Notes under the pieces: model-generated | Told to the model about the DNA's origin: nothing | What the model saw: the letters and a program-made list of their open reading frames with translations, nothing else | Databases searched by the model: none | Position numbers and translations under genes: made by a program | Shown here: positions 18,212 through 25,905 of the stretch, piece by piece | Position numbering within the stretch: the stretch's first letter is position 1 | Layout of the letters: every line of letters begins with the position of its first letter | Assembly (NCBI GenBank): GCA_040880825.1 | Contig: JBBEEK010000020.1 | Coordinates: 1-45,296 of the forward strand | Direction of reading: 5' to 3' | From: Chthoniobacterales bacterium | GTDB taxonomy: Bacteria; Verrucomicrobiota; Verrucomicrobiia; Chthoniobacterales; JACTMZ01 | DNA length: 45,296 bases

Positions 18212-19063
18212 ATGGCCGCCGGTTTCCTGCGCAGCATTGCGGACAAATTCCGCGGCCGTCCGGTCGACTGGGACGAGTTGGAAGCGATGTTCCTGCAGGC
18301 TGATCTCGGGGTGAAGACGACGGTGGATTTGCTGGCCAAGCTGCAGGCGGTCTCGGGTTTTTCCGCCACGGCGACGCAGGTCGAGCGCGAGGCGCGGGCC
18401 GAGTTGACCAAGCTGCTCCCGCCGCCGCTGCCGCCGTTGCTGCCGTGGCCCGACCGTCCGCGCGTGCTGCTCATCGTCGGCGTGAATGGCACGGGCAAGA
18501 CAACCTCGCTGGCCAAACTGGCGGCCTTGCTCCAACGCGAGGGGCGTTCCGTCATCGTGGCGGCGGGCGACACCTTCCGGGCGGCGGCCATCGAGCAACT
18601 CGCGGTGTGGGGCGAAAAACTGGGAGTTCCGGTGGTGCGCGGCGCCTATCAGGGCGACCCGGCGGCGGTCTGCCACGATGCTTACGAGACGGCGGTGCGG
18701 GAGAAAAAAGATTTTTTGCTGTGCGACACGGCCGGGAGGCTGCACACGAAGCATAATCTCATGCAGGAGCTGTCCAAAGTGAAACGCGTGCTGGGCCGCA
18801 AAGATCCGGAGAGTCCGCACGAGGTGCTCATCGTGCTCGACGCCACGACCGGTTCGAACGCGCTCGAGCAGGCGAAACAATTCCAAGCGGCGTGCGGTCT
18901 GACCGGTGCGATCCTGACCAAGCTCGACGGCAGCGGTCGCGGCGGCATGGCAGTGGCGCTGCAACAGGAACTCGGTGTTCCGGTGCGGTTTATCGGGATG
19001 GGTGAGAAGGAAACGGACTTCGCGCGGTTTGATCCGAAGAAATTCGCGGACGAGATGTTGTAG
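18212..19063 (+). CDS. ftsY: signal recognition particle receptor FtsY (short, NG-domain only)
   Basis: GVNGTGKTTSLAKLA, DTAGRL, TKLDG GTPase boxes. 283 aa. Starts 2 nt after nusB. Confidence 0.92.
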   Translation: MAAGFLRSIADKFRGRPVDWDELEAMFLQADLGVKTTVDLLAKLQAVSGFSATATQVEREARAELTKLLPPPLPPLLPWPDRPRVLLIVGVNGTGKTTSLAKLAALLQREGRSVIVAAGDTFRAAAIEQLAVWGEKLGVPVVRGAYQGDPAAVCHDAYETAVREKKDFLLCDTAGRLHTKHNLMQELSKVKRVLGRKDPESPHEVLIVLDATTGSNALEQAKQFQAACGLTGAILTKLDGSGRGGMAVALQQELGVPVRFIGMGEKETDFARFDPKKFADEML

Positions 19064-19092
19064 GGGTTGGGGCGGCCGCGGACGCTTGGCCC

Positions 19093-19617
19093 TTACTCCG
19101 CGCAGTAGTGCAGGCTGACGCGGCGCATACGTTGGCCGTCTTTTTCGGCGGAGTAGTGAACGAGGCGCAGGGAGACGAAGTTTTGCACCCACATCCAGCC
19201 GCGGAGGGTGTGTTTGACGCCATCCTCGTCGCCGCGCTCGTCGGCGTAGAGGCGGCTGCGTCCGTATTTGCGGTCGGCCTGTTGTTTGATGGTGCTGACC
19301 CACGAGTTGACGCGCGTTTCGTCCCAGCCTTCGCGGTCGTATTGCAACTCGACTTCGCCGAGTCCGCCTTCGCTGAAGTAGAAGAGCGTGCGTTTGAGGC
19401 CTTCCTGCACGATGCCCTCGACGACCATGACCTCGCGTTTGCCGGAGGTGCGTTCCTCGATGACTTTGGCTTTGGCGTTGGTCACCACTTGGCGGATGCG
19501 CTCGGGCGATTCGCCCCACTGCATGCCGAAAGGGGCCTTGATTTCCTGTTGGGCCGCGACGGGCGGAACCGCGGCCAGGAGGGCGGCAAAAATGACGGTA
19601 TGGCGGATAAATCGCAT
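19093..19617 (-). CDS. hypothetical secreted protein
   Basis: 174 aa. Signal peptide MRFIRHTVIFAALLAAVPPVAAQQ. Balanced K/E/W/Y composition, unlike the Arg/Gly-rich opposite-strand ORF. No family recognised. Confidence 0.6.
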   Translation of the reverse strand: MRFIRHTVIFAALLAAVPPVAAQQEIKAPFGMQWGESPERIRQVVTNAKAKVIEERTSGKREVMVVEGIVQEGLKRTLFYFSEGGLGEVELQYDREGWDETRVNSWVSTIKQQADRKYGRSRLYADERGDEDGVKHTLRGWMWVQNFVSLRLVHYSAEKDGQRMRRVSLHYCAE

Positions 19618-19792
19618 GGCGGTGACGCGTCCGTGAGCTTATGGGGTGGGTCAAGGATGGTCAGGCCGGAGCAGGCTGCAAGCAAACTCAGCCGAAGGGT
19701 CGACGGGGACGTTGGCCATCATCACGCTGCGGCGCGACCCACCGATGTTCACGGGTTGACGACGGCAAAACATTACCCGATAGTAATACTTG

Positions 19793-20182
19793 ATGAAAAT
19801 CCTGCTGATCCTTCTGTTTCTGGTCGTCGTCTTTATCGCGGTCAAGCGTGTCATGGCCGGTCCATCGATCGACCCCGCGGAAGCCGCCGGGCGCGTGGCG
19901 GCCGGCACGGCGGTCTTGATCGACGTGCGCGAGCCGGACGAGTGGTCCGGCGGGGTGGCCGAGCCGGCGTTGCTCTGCTCGATGAGCGATCTGCGCGGAC
20001 CGCGCGTGCAGTGGAAAGAAGTTTTGTCAGCAAACAAGGACATGGAGTTGATCGTGTATTGCGCCAGCGGGGCGCGTTCCGGCGTGGTGGCGTCGATGTT
20101 GCGCAAGGAGGGATTCAAGGTCGTCAACGCGGGGGGTTTCGGCGCTTGGCGTTCGGCGGGTTTGCCGGTGCGGGTGCCGTAG
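19793..20182 (+). CDS. membrane-anchored rhodanese-domain sulfurtransferase
   Basis: N-terminal TM helix KILLILLFLVVVFIAV. Rhodanese active-site loop YCASGARS. ATG 19793 (track start TTG 19790). Confidence 0.8.
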   Translation: MKILLILLFLVVVFIAVKRVMAGPSIDPAEAAGRVAAGTAVLIDVREPDEWSGGVAEPALLCSMSDLRGPRVQWKEVLSANKDMELIVYCASGARSGVVASMLRKEGFKVVNAGGFGAWRSAGLPVRVP

Positions 20183-20209
20183 AGGTCGAGGGGGATCGTG
20201 CCGCCGGGG

Positions 20210-20863
20210 CTACATGGCGAGGCGGGGTTCCGGTGCGAGCGGGCGGTAGAAACGCAGGGCTTCGATCGGGCTGCCGAAGTCGGAGAGGAAATAGAGGCCG
20301 TCGGTGTGGCGGGGTCCGGGATCGCGGACGAGGTATTCGTGGCCCTGCTTGCCGACGATGACGACGAAGTGGGTGATGCCGTCCGGGAAGCGCAGGCGGA
20401 CGATGACCGGGTTGCCGCGCAGGAGGTTCCAGTCGATGAGGAAGTGGGAGGCGTCGTCCTCGTAGACGTGCTCGGCGATGACCGGCGGGTAGGCGGAGGC
20501 CTTTTCCCAGTAGAGCCAGCCGCGTTCGGTGAACCCCTCGTTGTCTTGGAGGAACTTGTTGAGCCGGCCGGGATCGAGGTCGGAGCCGTAGGAGGCGAGG
20601 ACCATGGCGGCCGAGGCCACGGCGCAGCCTTCGGCTCCGAGCGAGCCGCTGGTCGGGCCGAGGCGGTCATCGGCCCAACGTTGATCGGCTTGGGCGAAGT
20701 GCGGGACATCATGCAAGACGGGGCGCGGAAAGTAGAGTCCGCCGGATGGCGCGAGCGGCGAGGCGGTGGTGGTCCAGACCTCGACCCAGCGCCAGGCGAA
20801 ATAGCCGCCGACGGCGAGGGCGGCGAGCAGGAGGAGGGCGACCGGGGTGAGGAAGGTGCGCAC
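20210..20863 (-). CDS. membrane-anchored C39-like (papain-fold) peptidase domain protein
   Basis: N-terminal TM helix. VPHFAQ...GCAVASAAMVL (candidate catalytic Cys) and ITHFVVIVG (candidate His), as in Peptidase_C39_2 proteins. Confidence 0.7.
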   Translation of the reverse strand: MRTFLTPVALLLLAALAVGGYFAWRWVEVWTTTASPLAPSGGLYFPRPVLHDVPHFAQADQRWADDRLGPTSGSLGAEGCAVASAAMVLASYGSDLDPGRLNKFLQDNEGFTERGWLYWEKASAYPPVIAEHVYEDDASHFLIDWNLLRGNPVIVRLRFPDGITHFVVIVGKQGHEYLVRDPGPRHTDGLYFLSDFGSPIEALRFYRPLAPEPRLAM

Positions 20864-21017
20864 TTAGGGCAAGAAACGGAAAATGGCGGTGGGGTCAATC
20901 GATTTTGATTTGCAGCCGGGAGATGGAGGGAAAGCGCAGAGGGTGTGGAGGACGCCGAGGGGATGGGAAACGCGCCTTGCGGCGGCCGGAGGCGGTGGCG
21001 ATGGTAGTGCGAAGACG

Positions 21018-22598
21018 ATGAAGAAAGGACAGTTCGCCCTGCTGCTGCATGCGCATCTGCCTTACGTGCGGCATCCGGAGCACGAGGATTTTCTCGAGGA
21101 GGACTGGTTTTACGAGGCCATCGCGGAGACTTATGTGCCGCTCCTGCGGATTTTCGAGCGGCTGGCTGACGAGGGGGCGCCGGTGCGGTTGACCATGTCG
21201 GTCACGCCGACGCTGGCGGCCATGATGGAGGATCCGTTGCTGCAGGAGCGCGCGGCGCGGCACTTGGAGCGCACGTTGGCGCTGGCCGAGAGCGAGGTGC
21301 GGCGCACGGCGGGGGACGAGCGGCTCCACAGGCTGGCGCGGTTTTACCGCGACCGGTTTCGCGGGGTGCGCGACTATTTCGAGGGGCGGAAGCGGCGATT
21401 GATCCCGGCTTTCCGCGCGCTGCAGGACGCGGGATTCCTCGAGATCATCACTTGCGCGGCGACGCACGGGTTTTTGCCGCTGATGGCCGATTACCCCGGG
21501 GCGGTGCGGGCGCAGATTCTTGTGGCGCGGGATTACCATACGAAACTTTTCGGCCGGGCGCCGGCGGGGATCTGGCTCCCGGAGTGCGCCTATTTTCCGG
21601 GGATCGAAAAATATTTGCGCGAGGCGGATTTGAAATGGTTTGTGCTCGACGCGCACGGGCTGATGTTCGGCCGGCCGCGGCCGCGCTTCGCCATTTACGC
21701 CCCGTGTTACACACCGGAGGGTCCGGCGGTGTTCGCGCGGGACCGCGATTCGAGCCGGCAGGTGTGGAGTCAGGAGGAAGGGTATCCGGGCGATCCGGCT
21801 TACCGGGATTTTTACCGCGATATCGGTTATGATCTGCCGTTGGATTACTTGCGGCCCTTCCTCGGGGGCGACGGGCAGCGGAAATTCACCGGGCTGAAAT
21901 ACCACCGCATCACCGGACGGACCGAGGACAAGGAGATCTATCACCGGCCATGGGCCGAGGGAGCGGCGGACGCGCATGCGGCGGATTTTCTGGCCAACCG
22001 GATCAAGCAATTCGAGCCGCTCGGCGCGGAGATGCCGCTGGAGCCGGTGGTGGTGAGTCCGTATGACGCGGAGTTGTTCGGTCACTGGTGGTTCGAGGGA
22101 CCGGAGTTCCTCGACTTGTTTTTACGCAAGGCGGCTTACGACCAGACGGTGTTCGAGTTGACCACGCCCTCGGCCTACCTGGCACGGCACGAGGTGCTGC
22201 AGGTCGTGCAACCCTGCGCTTCGAGTTGGGGGAACCGGGGGTATTGGGAGGTCTGGCTGGACCAGTCCAACGCCTGGATTTATCCGCACTTGCACGCGGC
22301 AGCGCGGCGCATGACGGAGATGGCGCGTCGGCACGAAAAGACGCGAACGCGGTGGAAGAAGGATACGCTGCAGCAGATGGCGCGGGAGTTGTTGCTGGCG
22401 CAGTCCAGCGATTGGGCTTTCCTCATGCGCACCGGCACGGCCAAGGATTACGCATCGCGGCGGACGAAGGATCACCTGCTGCGGTTCAACCGTCTGCATG
22501 AGGCGTTGGAGGCCGGACGGGAGGATAAGGATTTTCTGGCGGCCTGCCACGAACGTGACAACATCTTCCCCGACCTCGAATGGCGCTATTACCTCTAG
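21018..22598 (+). CDS. GH57 family 1,4-alpha-glucan branching enzyme
   Basis: ATG 21018 gives MKKGQFALLLHAHLPYVRHPEHEDFLEE, the typical GH57 N-terminus. GIWLPECAY catalytic region. 526 aa. The track start 20883 adds an implausible Gly-rich extension. Confidence 0.87.
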   Translation: MKKGQFALLLHAHLPYVRHPEHEDFLEEDWFYEAIAETYVPLLRIFERLADEGAPVRLTMSVTPTLAAMMEDPLLQERAARHLERTLALAESEVRRTAGDERLHRLARFYRDRFRGVRDYFEGRKRRLIPAFRALQDAGFLEIITCAATHGFLPLMADYPGAVRAQILVARDYHTKLFGRAPAGIWLPECAYFPGIEKYLREADLKWFVLDAHGLMFGRPRPRFAIYAPCYTPEGPAVFARDRDSSRQVWSQEEGYPGDPAYRDFYRDIGYDLPLDYLRPFLGGDGQRKFTGLKYHRITGRTEDKEIYHRPWAEGAADAHAADFLANRIKQFEPLGAEMPLEPVVVSPYDAELFGHWWFEGPEFLDLFLRKAAYDQTVFELTTPSAYLARHEVLQVVQPCASSWGNRGYWEVWLDQSNAWIYPHLHAAARRMTEMARRHEKTRTRWKKDTLQQMARELLLAQSSDWAFLMRTGTAKDYASRRTKDHLLRFNRLHEALEAGREDKDFLAACHERDNIFPDLEWRYYL

Positions 22599-24190
22599 TT
22601 TTGGGGGCGGTGTGCTGGGCAGCCGGTGTGGCCGTGCTGCACGCGGAGGATGTCATGGCCGAGTTGCCAGACGCGGCGGCGGTGGAGATGGCGGCCGAAC
22701 CGCCATTACCGCGCGGGGTGGAAATCCGTTTCGTGCCGGCCACGGCGGGCGGGACGGTCAGTCTCGGGATCTACGATGCCACGGGGAGATTGGCCCGCGT
22801 GCTGGCCGACGAGTGGCCGTTCGGGCGTTTCCGGATCGGGTTGAACGGGCTGTCGACGACGTGGGACGGTCTCGGCGACGACGGTCAACCGGTGCCGGCC
22901 GGCCCTTACACGGCGCGCGGTTACGTGGTGGGGGAGGTCGGGATCAGCGGCGAGGCGTACCATTTCAATGACTGGATCGAGGGCCCCGATGGGCCGCGTA
23001 TCGAGCGGGTGGCGTCGGCGCAGTTGCTGCCTGGCGGTGATGTGCTGCTCTCTGCGCGGTTGGCCGGTGCGACCGGCGCGTTGGTGCGGTATTCGCCGGA
23101 GAGCGAGGCCCGCTGGAACACGGTGGTGAGCGGGCCGCGCCCCCAGCCGGCCAAGAGCGTGCAGTTGGCCGCCTCGGACAAGGTGGCGTTCGTCCTGCTC
23201 GACGGGCAGTTGCGGGCGGCGAGTCTGGAGAACGGGCAGGAAGTCGTCTTGCCGGTGCCGTCGGAGAACGTGCAAGCGGTGGCGGCGCGTGACGACCGTC
23301 TGGCTGTGCTTGACGAGCGGGGTCTGCATTTCCACGTGTTGCCGTCTTTTGCCCCGCAGGAGGAGGTGAAGGATTTGCCGGCCGAGTTTGTCTCGATCGG
23401 TTTGCTCGACCAAGGCGCCGTGGCGGCCGCGAGGGACGGCGCCGTCTGGCGCTGGTCGGCCGGGTGGGCGAAACTCGCAATGCCCGAGGAGGTGAAAGTG
23501 CGCAGCCTGAGTGGCGGGCGCGACGACACGTTCTGGACGTTGGAGGAACGCGGGGATGGCTCTCTCTACGTCGCGCAATACAGCCCGGAAGAAGGACGCC
23601 TGGCCGAATGGGCCGCGGAGGAAGGCCGGATTGTATCCGTGGCGGGGGCGGCGGAAAAAGATTTCTTCGTGGCCGTGCTGGATACGGCCGATGGCCAGCG
23701 CACGGCGGCCATCCGCCGGCGCGAGGGTGGCGAGGGGTGGGAGTTTGTCTTCGATAAAAAGATCACGGCTTGCACGGAGTTCGGGTGGCGCGACGGGAAA
23801 CTTTCGCCGCGCGGCGGGGAGTTGCCGGCAACCATGGAAGTAGTGCTTGGGGAAAATCCCCTCGATCCGGAGGCGCCGCGCGTGCTCGGGCTGCAAGCGG
23901 TGGCTGACGAATCCGGGGCCGGACTGGCCACGGCAGACGGGTTGCCGCTGCTGCGCATTTCGGATGAACCGGGATTCCGGCGCGTCATGCTGATCGCCGC
24001 GGCCGAGCCGGACACGGCGCGCTTTTTCCAAGGTGATGGCGCGAGCGTGGAAGAATACCGGATTTCCCAGCTTGGCCGGATCACGTCGTTCGACGCCGGG
24101 TCGATCGAGATGGCGGGGAGTGGCGAGGAAGCGGAGGCGCCGGCCGTGGTCGAGCCGGCGGTGGTGCAGGAGGAAGAGGACGTGAGGTAG
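22580..24190 (+). CDS. hypothetical secreted protein with N-terminal FlgD-Ig-like domain
   Basis: 536 aa with a signal peptide. Residues about 45-125 (TVSLGIYDATGRLARVL...WDGLGDDGQPVPAGPYTARGYV) match the FlgD Ig-like pattern. The rest is unassigned and the C-terminal tail is acidic. ATG overlaps the GH57 3' end by 19 nt. Confidence 0.6.
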   Translation: MALLPLVLGAVCWAAGVAVLHAEDVMAELPDAAAVEMAAEPPLPRGVEIRFVPATAGGTVSLGIYDATGRLARVLADEWPFGRFRIGLNGLSTTWDGLGDDGQPVPAGPYTARGYVVGEVGISGEAYHFNDWIEGPDGPRIERVASAQLLPGGDVLLSARLAGATGALVRYSPESEARWNTVVSGPRPQPAKSVQLAASDKVAFVLLDGQLRAASLENGQEVVLPVPSENVQAVAARDDRLAVLDERGLHFHVLPSFAPQEEVKDLPAEFVSIGLLDQGAVAAARDGAVWRWSAGWAKLAMPEEVKVRSLSGGRDDTFWTLEERGDGSLYVAQYSPEEGRLAEWAAEEGRIVSVAGAAEKDFFVAVLDTADGQRTAAIRRREGGEGWEFVFDKKITACTEFGWRDGKLSPRGGELPATMEVVLGENPLDPEAPRVLGLQAVADESGAGLATADGLPLLRISDEPGFRRVMLIAAAEPDTARFFQGDGASVEEYRISQLGRITSFDAGSIEMAGSGEEAEAPAVVEPAVVQEEEDVR

Positions 24191-24196
24191 GGGAGC

Positions 24197-24218
24197 GGAC
24201 GGCTGGGGCCAGCCGTCC
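24197..24218. terminator. GC-rich hairpin between convergent genes (hypothetical protein / rng)
   Basis: GGACGGCTG-GGGC-CAGCCGTCC: 9-bp stem, 4-nt loop. No T-tract on either strand. Confidence 0.3.
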
Positions 24219-24296
24219 CGACCGGAAGAAAACGGCCGTTGGCGGGGAGGCCGACGCTACATAATGTCGCGAGGCGGTTCCGCCTGAACGGCGTTG

Positions 24297-25874
24297 TCAG
24301 GCTTTCAATTCCGCGCCGGTGTTGGCATCGGTGATGACGAACTTCTCGCGGTGCAGGGTCGGGTCGGGCTTGAACGAGAGGCGTCCGCCGTAGCGGCGTT
24401 CGATGTCGACGAGGAGTTCCTCGTCTTCGGTGCGCAGGCGCTGCAGGAGGTCGGGGTTCACGATGACTTTGATCTCGTGGATGGTTTCGATGTTCCTCCG
24501 CATCACGCCGTGCAAGGCGCGCTGGAGTTCAACGGACATGGTCATGGTGTTTTTGATCAGTCCGCGGCCCTCGCAGTAGGGGCATGGGTCGAACTGCGAC
24601 ATGCGCATGCTCTCGGCGGCGCGCTGGCGGGTCATTTCCATGAGCCCGAGTTGCGAGATGGGCAGGACGTGGGTGCGGGCCTTGTCGCGTTTGAGTCGCT
24701 GGCGCATGCGCAGATAAACGGCCTGCTGGTCTTTGCGCGACTTCATGTCGATGAGGTCGGCGACGATGAGGCCGCCGATGTTGCGCAGACGCATCTGGCG
24801 GGCGATTTCGTCGGCCGCTTCGAGGTTGGTCTGGACGATGGTGCGTTCGACATCTTTGCCGCCCTTGTTGCGGCCGGTGTTGACGTCGACGGAGATGAGC
24901 GCCTCGGTTTCATCGATGACGATGTAGCCGCCGCAGGGCAGCCAGACTTGGCGGTGGAAGGCTTTTTCGATCTGCTTGTTGACGTCGTATTTTTCGAAGA
25001 TGTGCTGTTCCTCCTGGTAGAATTGGATGCGGTTCTTCGAGCGGGGGGAGACCTGCGCGACGAGTTCCTGCATGCGTTCGACGGATGGGAGGTCGTCGCA
25101 GACGACGGCGTCGACTTCTTCGGTGAGAAAGTCGCGCACGGTGCGTTCGACAAGGTCGGGTTCCTCGAAGAGTTGGTAGGGGGAGCGCTGCGACGCCATG
25201 TTTTTCTCGATGTCATTCCATTGCTCGAGAAGGAGGTGCAGGTCGCGGACGAAGAAGCGGGAGCGCTGGCCGGCCCCGACGGTGCGGATGATGACGCCCA
25301 TACCTTCGGGGATCTCGAGTTCGTTGAGAATCTTGCGCAGGCGCTCGCGCTCTTTGGGATCGTCGATCTTGCGCGAGATGCCGCACTGCGGGCTGTAGGG
25401 CATGAGGACGAGGTAGCGTCCGGGCATGCTGATGTTGGTGGTGATGCGCGGCCCTTTGGTGCCGATGGGGCCTTTGCTGACCTGCACCATGATGTCCGAT
25501 CCGGGCGGATAGATGGTGGGAATGTCTTTGGCGGTGATTTTTTTCGGCAGCTTTTTGTTGTTGTTGCGGCGCACTTCTTCGATGCCGCTGTCGAGGGCGG
25601 CGGGGATGGCGTCCCAGAAATGAAGGAAGGCATTTTTCTCGAAGCCGATGTCGACGAACATGGCCTTGAGCCCCTGTTCGATATTTTTCACGCGGCCCTT
25701 GTAAATGGAACCGACGATGTTGCGGTCGCTGACGCGCTCGACGTTGTATTCCTCGAGTTGTCCGTCTTCGAGGACGGCCACGCGTTTCTCGAGTTTCTCG
25801 GCGTTGACGATGAGACGGATGCCGCCGGAGCTTTTGGCGGTGAGGCCGAGGAGTTGTTTGACTTTTTCGATCAT
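24297..25874 (-). CDS. rng: ribonuclease G (RNase E/G family)
   Basis: ATG at 25874 gives MIEKVKQLLG. S1 domain GSIYKGRVKNIEQGLKAMFVDIG. 525 aa. The track extension to 26435 overlaps the mrdA 3' end in another frame. Confidence 0.9.
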   Translation of the reverse strand: MIEKVKQLLGLTAKSSGGIRLIVNAEKLEKRVAVLEDGQLEEYNVERVSDRNIVGSIYKGRVKNIEQGLKAMFVDIGFEKNAFLHFWDAIPAALDSGIEEVRRNNNKKLPKKITAKDIPTIYPPGSDIMVQVSKGPIGTKGPRITTNISMPGRYLVLMPYSPQCGISRKIDDPKERERLRKILNELEIPEGMGVIIRTVGAGQRSRFFVRDLHLLLEQWNDIEKNMASQRSPYQLFEEPDLVERTVRDFLTEEVDAVVCDDLPSVERMQELVAQVSPRSKNRIQFYQEEQHIFEKYDVNKQIEKAFHRQVWLPCGGYIVIDETEALISVDVNTGRNKGGKDVERTIVQTNLEAADEIARQMRLRNIGGLIVADLIDMKSRKDQQAVYLRMRQRLKRDKARTHVLPISQLGLMEMTRQRAAESMRMSQFDPCPYCEGRGLIKNTMTMSVELQRALHGVMRRNIETIHEIKVIVNPDLLQRLRTEDEELLVDIERRYGGRLSFKPDPTLHREKFVITDANTGAELKA

Positions 25875-25905
25875 GATTTTTGCAGGGTAGAAGGTTTGTC
25901 TGGTG

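Noticed and set aside
19659-19676. SRP-RNA-like string ggtcaggccggagcaggc near ftsY, reminiscent of the 4.5S domain IV sequence GGUCAGGUCCGGAAGGAAGCAGCC.
   Set aside because: The GGAA tetraloop and the complementary flanks needed for the domain IV helix are absent on both strands. The similarity is only a short G/C-rich coincidence. An Infernal scan with the bacterial SRP model would settle it.
24252-24262. 11-mer cgacgctacat repeated at 24252-24262 and 40611-40621, both in intergenic DNA downstream of minus-strand genes.
   Set aside because: In a 45-kb window many 11-mers are expected to recur by chance (on the order of hundreds of pairs). The flanks show no further similarity.
24272-24285. 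Short palindrome AGGCG-GTTC-CGCCT just downstream of the rng stop, considered as a terminator.
   Set aside because: The stem is only 5 bp with no following T-tract on the minus strand, which is too weak to call.
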